Of a stretch of DNA of 64,000 bases, positions 1 to 12,040 are shown one piece after another (the stretch's first letter is position 1; each line of letters starts with the position of its first letter). The notes under the pieces were generated by a model that ran no database searches, was not told the origin of the DNA, and saw only the letters and a program-made list of their open reading frames with translations. Source of the DNA: Balanoglossus misakiensis (Eukaryota > Animalia > Hemichordata); the NCBI GenBank assembly GCA_040954595.2, contig CM082585.2, forward strand, positions 6,659,808 through 6,723,807. The letters run 5' to 3'. The translations under genes were made by a program, and so were the position numbers.

Positions 1-3000
1 CATGGAAAAATAGTAAATAAAATGTATTTTAAATTTGCATTGACTCCAACTTTGGGCTAGTGTCAGTATTTTTATTTTGGATATCAACCTTGGTTTCTTG
101 TTCTACTCTTTAAAACATAATGACTTGCTCAGTATTTTTTTTCAACACACAGCCCCTTTGTATGAATCGGCATTGTCATTTTTGAAAATTGAACTCTTTC
201 CGGACTTGAAGTCCTTTGTCACAATAACAATGGTTATTATTTATATACAGGCTTTATTGAGAAGCTAAGACTGAACATTTCATCATTCTATTCAGAGTAT
301 AACAAAAAAAAAACAAGAGTTGATACATTGGAAAAAATTACTGAGAAAATAGCCAAAGGTAAATGCTGAGGCTTTCAGTATTTACTGAAATATGAACTGT
401 ATAACCAACAAATCCATTCATTTCCGATTCGAGTCTCATCCAAATCAGCTTACCCTGGAAGACCATATCCCAAATCACAAATCACGATATTGCCCTTAAT
501 GCCGTGCCATGCGTATAATGATCCGAAACTTAATCCCCAAATCATTTTTCAAACGTTGCTGTAATTGTATGAGTGACTTTATAAAATGCCACAGCTTAGA
601 ACGTTACTCCTCTTTCCCTCTGTCTGTCTGTCTGTCTGTCTGTGTCTCCCTCTCTACAAACGGTTATAGCATATTTCTAAGCAAACAACAGAAACTACAT
701 GAAATGTATTCACGTGAAGGAAAATGTCCAATTGCCAGACAAAGTCTATCGGCATTTTATCCCCATTAACGCGTCCACTAAGGGTTTCGACGGTAAAAAA
801 GCCATGCAATACCACCATCATAGTGTTTCTGAAAATATTTATTCAGTACAAACAGACACGCGGCCTACCATCAACAATGGGTAGGTGAGTCGAGTGTGTG
901 GACCTAAAAGCCTGGCCATGTATCCTATAGGCTGCGATGCGACCGCGTTGAGTCCCAGAGATAAGCAGCCGTCTACTGCTAGTGTCCCGCCATTGCATGC
1001 ATTGTTAGTTCGAAATCAGCATCAGTTCTTCAAAGCATGCTAGAAATTAAAATTCCACTTTTCATTTTATAGAGATCATCTTACTGCTATATCAAGAGTC
1101 TTGAATCGAACAATTGTTTTATCTATACAGGACATACATGTTATGGGTGGCAAGACGCCAGGCCGTCAAATGTTGCCTCTGCCGTACGGATTGAAAAAAT
1201 ACCGAATTTAATTCACAACCCATTATACGTACATCCGATATTCATTTGTACAATTACGCCATGTAAAATAAACCCAGTCCGATGATGATGATGATGTTGT
1301 TAATTATTATGTACCAGTATATATAGCAGCTGTTTTAAAACCACAGGCAAGCTCATCTGTTCGTGCGTTCTTCAAGTTTCACCAATGTCCGTAGTTTGAG
1401 CATTGGACGATGATGGCGAAGCAATAGCTGATAACAGACAAGTATGAGATATTCAAAATTTTCTCTTACCTGAAGGACTTTCAGCGTAGCTACCCATGGG
1501 TGGAACATTTTTTGCCGCTTTCGTTGTATGTCGTCGATGATTTCCTTTTTTTCACTGAGAATCCACTCCTCAAACTGTGAAAATCCTCAGTGAAACGATC
1601 GTTAACTGTGGCTCTCCATCATGCACAGAAAATGGTGTATTGTTCTCTTCTTCCCCATCTACTTCTTATTTGTCCCGTCAAACGCACGAAGTGACCCGCC
1701 TCCGTGCTCATTTTTGGGGCGGAGCGTGGGTACGTACAGCAACCGAACAATCCATGATTGTCAGGGTTTTCCCCCGTAAGCTAGGCGGACTATTGTAAAT
1801 AATTTATCATACGCAGATAATTTATCATAAATATGAGAAGTCCCATTTTCGAGTTAGACGACAGACAGTATAAGTCTGGCAATGTTACGCTTCAGATGGA
1901 TCTGACGCGTGTCGTTGGAGCCAGTTCTTTAGAATGAAAGTCAGGCGATATTCAGTTCACCTATAGCACTGCTAATAATCAATTTTCAGATTGTTGCAAT
2001 GGCGTAAACTTTCTCCGTATTAAATTGTGCATATATTTTGATATAAGTCTTATCTAAACATGAGTTTTTACCGCCTAAATCATATATTAAATATTCCCAA
2101 TAATTATTTACACTTTCTCATACTTTGCTCAAGGCAATTTTACATGACTTTCTCTTTAAATTAAGAATAACCATGTTTTGGAGTATTGATCACGTGCAGA
2201 AGCATAAAACATGTTTAATCTCAAACATGCGATGAATATATAACACAATGTAGATTTGATTTTGCATGGCTGGAGTATCCTATTGCGTTGGCGCCATACT
2301 GCATTATGGACGTGTTTCTCAGAGGACCAAAGTTTTCTCAAGGTCTCCAACATTGACGTCATCAACCTACCACGTGCGTGCCCGGAATGACATGAGATAC
2401 AAAAACACAACGATTCAAAGCTGGTTTTGTTATTTTGTATTTTTGTTTTGACGAGTAAAATAAGAAAGTAAGCAGATATATTCAAAATGTCCCCCATTCC
2501 ATCTGGATCAAAAGGTTAAATATATGGAAGAAGTCATCTTTGAAGAAATTCGTCAAAGAAAGTGTCTATCAAGGTGACCACCCGTTTCATTTGAATATAT
2601 TATGGTGGAAACTGATATGAACATTGTCCTTTACTCAAATAAAGTCAAAATCTGATCTTTTAGGTTAACCCTTTCACCTCCACTTCTCACTATAGAAGGT
2701 CGTTTGTACCTGCAGGTTCTTGTTCTCCGTACAATATCCTGATGATCAGTTTTCTTACTCGTAAACAAGTCATGTAGATTGTATATCTGTTGATAATTGT
2801 CATTGTTGACAAACACATTCAAGTCCGGACATCAATGCAATTTTCAAATACTTAAAACCCCCAAAACTGCCACTTTTACCATACTTTAACGTTTTCATAT
2901 CCTGATGATCGGACTTGATGACGTGCAATGTAACCCTGAAACGTGCCACGTGACTGGAGACCCGCACGTGGTAGCTCCCCAACGTGAACGGCGCACATGA

Positions 3001-5906
3001 ATACGACACACGGCCGCATGAGTTGTAGTCCCCAATCCCGGGATATAAGCTTGAAATCTATAACATTAATACTTGTGGCACAAATTCAATGCAGTTTGTT
3101 TGCCATCTTGTTTATATTGGGGCTATATGAAGTAATTGTATTTGATGGCTATAGAAAACAATAACAGGCCGTATGAGTTGGCGTGGGTGGTAAATCGGTC
3201 TAGTAAAAGTCCCTCTCTGCACTTACTACTATGACGACTGATAAGTATTTAGTAACAATTTAAAGCTCGTTAAACAGGTTAATGATAATTATGACGAATT
3301 ACTGTACGTCATGATGATGTCATACTTCTAGTTAAACCTTCGGAAAAATGGTATTACTGACCTCGAAATGTACAATGTTGTGAAATGCCGTCCATATGCA
3401 CTTTTTATAATGAATTTTTTTTATGAAATTGGTATGAAATGTCGGTAAACAAACTATCAAAATTAAATTGATGTTCATCATGACGTCGTACTACAATATT
3501 GCCATCACAAAAATTGCACATAGACGGTCTTTCAAATGATAACACTCCAAACAATACTACAAACATGATGAAAATTCAGTTGATATTTATTGATATAAAC
3601 TGTTGTACATTTCAAAATGTAAAACATGACATAAAAATGCAACAACATGGAGACTTAAAAGTAAAACACATGCTTTGTGTTGGCATTCTTTCTCGATTTA
3701 TCTATCTCTAAATTCATGACAAATTTCCTACATCAATCTCTTATCCATTTATTTAGAATTGTCCAAACCCATCTGATAAATATTATGGCCTCTAACACAC
3801 CTAACATTCAGATGTTTTAGCAAGCTCAGAATTTGTGGAAATTTCGAGTCAGCTGATGTTGGTGTTGTACTAACGCTGAGGTCAAATGTGAGAAATTTGG
3901 TGACTGTTATCAAATAAATGTTAAAATAACCACTGATATACGTAAACAGGATTTTAACTTGAAATATGAAAATATTCACACAAACAAAAAACAACATCTC
4001 ATATCAGTACATACCCTGTACATGTATAATGTAAATGAACAGATCAAATAAAAATATCCAGACCAATAGTTTTTTAGGATTGTTTTTGAGACCTTTAACT
4101 TAAAGAAAGTTACCGTAACTAAATTATGACATGTAGCCATTTTTGTTCAGCCAAAATACTGAATTATGACATGTTGCAGTTTGTGTTCAGCCGAAACGCC
4201 TTCAGTCGATGAAAATAAAACATGACCAACTTCAAAATACACGACTTCTGTAAAATTCAGTAGCTTTTCAAATTACTGGTAAGATTAATAAAATGTTCAT
4301 TCTTAATTAAGCAATGAGGGATACCATCTCTAAATGCAGTAGATGGCATAAATACAAAAGAATTGTCAAAATTACTTTAAATACTTAATTTTATGATTAT
4401 CTTATAATAGCACACTATAAATATTCAGGCCAAGAACTTTGTGATCTCATTTCATGCAAATCAATAGGGCATGGAAGTTGAAATTAATATGTAAAAAAAA
4501 TTTGCAATTCATGTCAAAGTTCCGGTACCATTAATTTACCCAACGGCCCATTGCAATACCTTGAAACGCAAATCAGCTGGCCAGTTACAGGGCATTACAA
4601 TTACGAACCAGCTGGCCACTGCAGGGCTAATGCAAATATTTGTGATCATACCCATCAATATTCTAAAGTTCATACCGTAGGTCAAAGGTATGTAGATGCC
4701 CCCTGAAAATCAGATGATAAAATTATTTTTACACTCGACGAGTTGTTCATTTACTACAATGATTTGGCACAGAGATTGTATAGACACTTACAGAACCTGT
4801 TGAAGCCAACAATTTAAAGAATCCTGTTGTACATTCAATTCCACAACTCTAGCATTAACCTTCAAATTGCCAAGGGGCCATGCTTCTACAAATACCGTAA
4901 ACGACAAATCACTTGGTGTTTGCCATGTTTACACTCACTACATAGCAAAGTATACAAAATGTACAATTTCTATAAGAACATATTCCGATCTGAAACTTAA
5001 ATCCTCTTGTCAACAAACTGTCTTACAAATATGGCCAAGCCATAATCACACAAAGTTACAGTTTCTATAACTAGATCACAGAAAATATTACTTCTGAAAC
5101 TATACTTCAAGCATTGTACGGTAAACATATGTCGACTGCAGTATCTGGAATATCTAAAGCCTACCTAAAAATATACTATTTGTCATTACTAATTTATTTT
5201 ACCACTAAAATCTTGAACATATTTAACATTTCATGTACTTCACATTCAATTTTTTACATCTCAAATTAAACAATACAAGCTTTTGCATTGAGAACACAAT
5301 TTACAAGAAATTCGACATATATCACACTGATAAAAAGTTAGCTACTAGTTTAAAAAGATGCTAATCCATCCCATGGATTTCTTGCACATTGCAGTATTCT
5401 GGTTGTTTCCTGTGGTCATTTGGCCGGTACCACTGGATAAGGTGGGTGGAGGACCAATGGGTATGGATAACTATTGGTACTGTTATCAATCCTGGAATCT
5501 ACAAGCTATGTACACTATAATTCAATTTCCTAAAATACTACATACAGTTACCTTCTGTTTGATGTTATTTCTCTGATTCTTAAACTCTAAACTAAGATTT
5601 GAAATTTTGCATCTGACGCTGTGCCATATTGTACATGATTGTTTTTTTTGAAAAATCCAGATTATAAAAGGCACTAAAACTGACAAAAAATATGAAAGTA
5701 ATACAAACTGTTCATCAAGGACATGTTAAGTCCTTAATAGTCTCACGTCATAAAAGTCTCTTGATAACAAAGCAATTTCGAAATATATTCAATAACTTAC
5801 TTTTCTGTTTCCGATCCCTGTACAGTAAAAGGCAGGGAAGGTATAGACATGAGGTAAAGGGGAGGGGGAGGTAGGGGAGGGGGTATAGGGAGGGAGGAAT
5901 TCATTT

Positions 5907-8900
5907 TCAGAGAGAATAGGGCGGTGGTTTTTCTCCGCCATATGGCAAAGGTGGCGCTGTTGGCTGTTGGTGTATGGACGCCACGCCCGGACCAGGAATT
6001 CCGTGCGGCTGTATGTACGGGTTGGGCTGGTATTCCGGGGGCGGGGTCATCGCCATGGCAGCACCAGAATACGTGATGTTCTGCGGATGCGATGTGTTGT
6101 AGATGACTATCGGAGCAGCTGTGGCGAGTGGGGGTGCTTGATTTTGACTCGTGATGACAGTGGTGGTGGTTCTGATATTGCTGGACAGGATCTGGAAGCC
6201 AATGAAAACTCTTGTTACATTTGGATAAAAGAACATCAAAAAACGAAAGGCTCGCACTATAAAAGTGAAACCAGCATACACGTAAAGTAGCATAGCACTG
6301 CAACTACCATGAAAGATCAAACCTGTTAGTAAACTAGGAAAAGTTAATTATTAGTAATAAAAGTATAGCTTGATTCTAGAAAAGATTGCTTTAAAATTAT
6401 CAAGTGTTATAAGCAGAACTACCAGTACTACAGCCTTTGAGGATGAGACATACACAACAGGTGGTCTCACAAATTGTAGGTTCCTGTACTCTATGGAAAC
6501 AGAGTACATAACTCTACTGCCTGGCTTTTGCATCACTGACATTAACCCTTTCACCACCATGGTTCAGTCCAAACCCATTGTTTTCTATGGTAAGGTTGGA
6601 CCTCTCAACAGGGAACTGGGGGTGAAAGGGTTAAGGCAGTATACGACCAAAGTAGGAAACTCTTCCACATTTGAATTCTGTAAACTTACTGTTTGTTGAT
6701 TATAACTGGATGGATGGTTCTGCAATGAAATCAAACGTATTTACTTTTCATCTACATTCAACCTTTCAGATCTATAGTGTGGTCCAAATCCACTGTTTCT
6801 TAATGCCTGGACTTAACAGGTTTTCTTTTTTTTTGGCACTCGCGTAGTTTGCGAAAATTTCCTGTTTTACAGTATCAAAGACAATACTGTTACATGGTTG
6901 TTACAACAACACTAGAGGTAGAGCCATCTGTGACTACAAACAGACACTTACCGTTGACTTGAATGCACTGACAAGCGCTGCACACACCACTCCAACAAAG
7001 AAAGCAACCACATTGAAAGTAACCGATGCCCACAGCAGATTTTTGTACGTATATTCCACCTGTCCGCAAGACTCCACACCCTCGTATCTGTACGGCTGGG
7101 CAGAAAAGCTGTCAAAGCATACAAAACAAATTTCAAATGGTGAGAAAATATTGCCTCAGTACTTCAATTTCAATTAAGCATTATTGATTATAAACAAACA
7201 TAGGTAATACAAACAAAACACCAATTTCTATTTAATGTAGGCTTCAAACGAGATATCAAATCTCAGAAAGAGATACAAAACCATTTCTTCTTATTTTTCA
7301 TGATGTATTACAAAAACTATTTTTATTCAGCCAAAGGAGTATTGGTTTCAGTTGAAATCAATCTCACTAATGACAACAATATGGAAATGATTTAATACAC
7401 TTCAATTTCATCTTTAAAGTAGAAAAATAAAATTGATCTGATAAATACTAAAGATGCCAAAGTTTCTACAGTGCTTTATTGATGTTACAGCGACTGTTCC
7501 TGGACAAAAATCTGCGTAATACTTATACTTACCTAAAGTAAAGCGGTTCACATTTTCTTTCTGAATACAAATAGCAGCAATAACAAGTCTTCTCCGGCAA
7601 AACAAGTGTACATGGATCTGTGTTGAAGATATCAGAAAATAATCCCCCCATTCCTCCAGGGCATATGATGTTTCTGTCTTGACTGGTATATCGACATCGA
7701 CTAAAGTCTGTTTTCTGAAATTGTGAAAAAAGAAAATTATCTAAAAAAGGTAAAGGCAATAGGGTTCATTTGATTCAAATTTTGAAATCAGTCAACCGTA
7801 TTTGCAGCTAGGAAAAAAAACATCTATGGAATTCGCCCCATTCTTGCATACAATCAATACACCAAGGACTGTTGATGTGTCCATTATCCTGATAACTATT
7901 TCCTGTGAGACTATAATGGATCTTATTCTATAATGTTTGCGTAGGACGAGTGAGTGACAGTTATGACGTACATGTACTTGTAAGCCAATACACTCTGGTA
8001 CATGTTATTTGATTGGCTGATCTCAAACTTGACTCCAAGAGCCTGGTTTTACTAGGAGGTCAGTCACTACTTGTGACGACTCCGCCACGAGCGATATCAA
8101 AACCCGTTTGTTAACCTTTGAATTGAACACAAACCACCGAATGTATTTTATTCAAACAGCAATATATATCCACATTACATTACGGATATGATTGGTTAAA
8201 CTCAGACTTACACTGACCAATCCTGCACCAACACCATCCACAACTGCACCAATGAACGCCATGGCGATTCCACAACATGTAAATACAATTCCTGCTATCA
8301 TCCAGGATTTTCCGGCATGTTTCAGGTATAATCCGGCCACGGAAATAGCAGCTCCGGTAACCAACTGGAACAGAAAAGGACAGCAACATCTGTAATGTAC
8401 ACTGACACTACATCTGCAGGTGTAAAGCTTGACGTTTCTGAATTTTCTTACAATACACTACAGTTTCATGTTCAATTTGCATGTTAAGGTAGTGTGCACC
8501 TTGGGAACAGATTTTCAGGAAAAAATGACAGTTTCTCAAACATTTCAATTCTTTATGATACAAAAGTGTGAGAGAATTCCTTTTGAACACAAAAAAGAAT
8601 ATAGGTTATTCACCATCTTGTTTTCATAAAAATTACTGCTTTTATTTTTCTCTACACAGTACAGTTAACATAGAGGCTGGTGGCCATTAAACACGAGTTT
8701 ATGTCTACTCACCGCAATTGCCGGCCAAAAGGCTCCAATGTGAATATTATCCACGATCATGTAAGCGCTTATACCAATGGAGAAGAGTATCAAAGCAATG
8801 ATAATTTGGCAAACACATGATGCCATTGCATTGTGTTGTTTTTGTTCATATTCTGTGAAAAGAAATAAAATCATGACATGTTAAATGAAAATTGATTATT

Positions 8901-9292
8901 GTATGATTTATTTCAAAGGCCCATGAGCTGTAACATTTTGCATTAATTTCATGATTTTTATGTTGAATCTAATATAAGTTCATGAGCGTGGAGTGTGTAT
9001 AATTATTAACCACTGACTGGGAAATACTAGTCTAGTATATAGCCACGTTTTGTCCACTATGCTTCCAAACAAGTTTTTGAAAAAGGACGTTTTGAGGAGA
9101 AACAGACAACCTGGAAAATACCAGTTCAGCGGGAAAATCCTCCCACACCAAGCCCCCCCCCCACCCCAATGGATGGGGGTCTTGCCATCTACTCCATATG
9201 TAACTTTCAACATTTTCACACACCCAGTGTAAACACTCACCTTTGCAGTGGCTTTGCAAGACATTCGTTTCTACGGCAGTTTGTCTTGGCAT
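5907..9292 (-). CDS. TMEM255: TMEM255 (FAM70)-like four-TM membrane protein, 7 coding exons
   Basis: Phase-consistent GT-AG exons: 9292-9241, 8852-8713, 8364-8212, 7714-7533, 7108-6952, 6719-6690, 6191-5907. Peptides WMIAGIVFTCCGIAMAFIGAVVDGV, KTCYCCYLY, EGVESC..LLWASVTFNVVAFFVGVVCAALVSAFK and the Pro-rich tail ending EKPPPYSL match my recollection of TMEM255A/B. An alternative start is the downstream Met (MASCVC) in exon 2. Confidence 0.85.
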
Positions 9293-10254
9293 TGTGGCAC
9301 AGTACTGGTCTAGTCTATATGAAAGCTGTAAAATCAAATTTTGAATTAAGAGAAATATTCCATCATTACTGGCTTTTCTGTTAAATTAAATTAAATTAAA
9401 TGTGTATAAAGGTTGCCATTTTATTCAGTAAAATTTTAGTACATGATATATTTTTGCTGAGTATACATATGCATGATGTACCAGTATGTTACATGCATAC
9501 GTACACTACGTGTGAATTACAAACAGCGATGCAAAACACAGGACACAAATTATGAATGTGTGATTCCCAAGACATGGCCATCACCATGCCAACTCATGCA
9601 CAAGGCTTCCTAAATTAACGAGCCAATTTTGTAACACACAACAGAAAAATCACATCACTGACAATTACTGTGAGTCATGAGCTGTTCTATTTTCGCTCAG
9701 AATATATTACACTCAGAACTCCTTTTCTGCTGAAATAAATTATTATTAAAATTCCAATTCCAAATAATTAATACACAGTAACCCAGGTACTGTGGAAACA
9801 ATTACATATCTGCTGTTTAACTAATCATTTTGCCAGAATGAGAGATACTGAATAAAATTAATAAACCCAAAGTCAATGAGAAACATGAAATCCATATGTA
9901 TGATCACAGCTGCCCCAGCATTAACCAAATTGATCAATTTTATGACATTTTGTAACAGTAAACTACATCTAGTATCACTGGTGACAGACTGGCTGTCTAC
10001 TGATTGTTTGCACTGGGTTCTGCCTTGCAATTTACCAGAAAGTAGGTTTGATTATTGAGTATATGTGTCACAGATTCATTGCATGGATGTCTCTCGTACT
10101 ACAGTAACGTAGCTTGGGGTGTTGCACGGATACGGGATACACTAGATCTTGATCGTCGAGGAAATAATTTTGATCAGACACTACTCTCATATACTACTAG
10201 TATACAACCCTCTTTGAAGTCATTTTAGAAATTCTCTAGGTTCACATGTAGGAT

Positions 10255-10786
10255 TAGCTCTGCGTGGCAGGGCTGTGTTGTTCCGGCGAGCCTCCACCCA
10301 CAGCCCTGCAAAGCTCCATAGACAAAACTGGCGAAACTCAACGGATTTGTATCGGCAGGGTTTCCTTACCGAAAACCGCCGATTTCGAACTCAAAACGTG
10401 GGTCGATCTTCGTTACTGGCCTCGATTACTCCACTCGCTAGCAATTTGAGCTCAACTCTACCTGATTTTCGATGTTTAGGCTCCTGGGTTAACTCGTTGG
10501 TCAACGAGATCGAAATGGCTGCGTTCTTAGGGGTCTTCTCGCATTAACATCGAAAATGGGGCTTAACGCAAGCAATTAGGTAGAGTTGAGCTCAAATTGC
10601 TAGCCACTGGAGTAATCGAGGCCAGTAACGAAGATCGACCCACGTTTTGAGTTCGAAATCGGCGGTTTTCGGTAAGGAAACCCTGCCGATACAAATCCGT
10701 TGAGTTTCGCCAGTTTTGTCTATGGAGCTTTGCAGGGCTGTGGGTGGAGGCTCGCCGTAACAACACAGCCCTGCCACGCAGAGCTA
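10255..10786. mobile_element. Non-autonomous long-TIR DNA transposon (TAGCTC...GAGCTA), 9-bp TSD
   Basis: Near-perfect inverted repeats of about 205 bp (10255-~10463 and ~10578-10786), which give the mirror ORFs in the track. Direct repeat ATGTAGGAT at 10246-10254 and 10787-10795. Confidence 0.92.
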
Positions 10787-11099
10787 ATGTAGGATGTGGG
10801 TCGGTATTTGGGTCGTGTGGGGATATCAAATAACGGTTTGGAGCATAAACCTCGGAGCTGCAGACCAGTTAATTAAGCGGTTTGTGTTTTAAAAGTGGGT
10901 ACGATTTTGCAGGGGGTGGTACCACCCGCATCGCCACCCTCCCCAAAGAATATATCATTATCAATCTCTAGTCTAAACCACTTCATTTCAAGTACAATAT
11001 TATATGTTTTAAAATTAGTACAAATAACGCAACTGCTAAAATTTCGCAGGAATTTTAAGGCCTCAAACCTATACAACCTTACGATTAATGGAATGGTAT

Positions 11100-11495
11100 C
11101 TTACCTTCAGTTATCTACATTAAATTAAACGACAACAGCCTTGATCACGCGGTGAGTTGAAGAGGGTCCATGTCTGTGATCAGACTGTTGTCATTTTCAT
11201 TCGGAATAATGGCCGACTTCCGTATTCTGCGAGCAGCCAATCACAGCTTGTCTTCCTCTGTACGCAGGTTTAACGACTGAGTGATTTCGGAAGCTGTAAT
11301 GTGATTGGGCAATTAGTTGAATGTTGTTTGTCGCCAATATAAACACTGGGAATGGTATACTGTGAAAACTAGGGTATCGAGCCGTGAAATCGAATACTCC
11401 TGTGTTTATATGAAAATGTCGTCATCGGAGACGTGGAGGTGATATTCTGTTTCAGTTTCGTCACAGTGTCTGACTGAATTCCCTTTAGGTAAGAG
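11100..11495. promoter_or_regulatory. Probable shared bidirectional promoter and first non-coding exons of the TMEM255-like and LRR genes
   Basis: Minus-strand donor (GAAG|GTAAGA) at ~11104 and plus-strand donor (TTAG|GTAAGA) at ~11489 point away from each other. Opposed CCAAT (~11237) and ATTGG (~11305) boxes and more CpG than the flanks lie between them. Confidence 0.5.
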
Positions 11496-12040
11496 TCCGG
11501 TTTCTTTTTGTCACAAACAAAAGTTGACAGAAGTTGTGCGGAGGTCTGGTTGTGTGTGTAGGAATGTACATGGTCCTGTTCGATTGCAATAATGGCTTCC
11601 TAGTTACAGCAGACGCGCACCGGAAACACGTTACAGTGTAGCGCGGGTAGCGATCGATCGCACAAGACACCACTCTCATTTATAAATACTGGAAGTTTAT
11701 CAATTTGTGTACTAAATTTTACGAAATGGTCAAGAGAAAGTATGGGATTGCTGGTAAGTCGACACGATCGCATACCAACACCAGTAGTATCAGCATATCC
11801 ACTGAGGTGTACGGGGATCACTGTATGAAAAACTATGATGTACACCACAGGCTCTGGAATACTACTGACTGGGGCCTGATTCAACATGTGGATAATTTCT
11901 TCAACCAATGTTATCATAAATTAATTGGGGAACACTGCAATATGTATTAGTAAAGTGCTTAGTCAACTACATAATTCTTTAAGTTTAGATTCTTTCCTTT
12001 TCTTTCAGCTCCTCGTAGTTCCGGGGGAAAGAAGAGGAAG

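Noticed and set aside
450-1510. Possible minus-strand exons (MFHPWVATLKVLQ|GTAAGA at ~1508-1470, another donor at ~455) of a gene running off the left edge
   Set aside because: Too short, no recognisable homology, and I could not build a consistent frame.
2360-2975. CTGATGA motifs at ~2739 and ~2902 (second followed later by GAAAC) and a 12-bp inverted repeat CTACCACGTGCG/CGCACGTGGTAG
   Set aside because: No stem II and a GUG triplet at the would-be cleavage site, so not a hammerhead. Probably a decayed MITE with no definable TSD.
5857-5897. G-run tract with G-quadruplex potential next to the TMEM255-like stop codon
   Set aside because: Low-complexity sequence, and the mRNA strand is the C-rich one. 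No evidence of function.
10264-10829. Mirror-image ORFs on both strands (MAGLCC..., ..LRRASTHSPAK..)
   Set aside because: Artefact of the long terminal inverted repeats.
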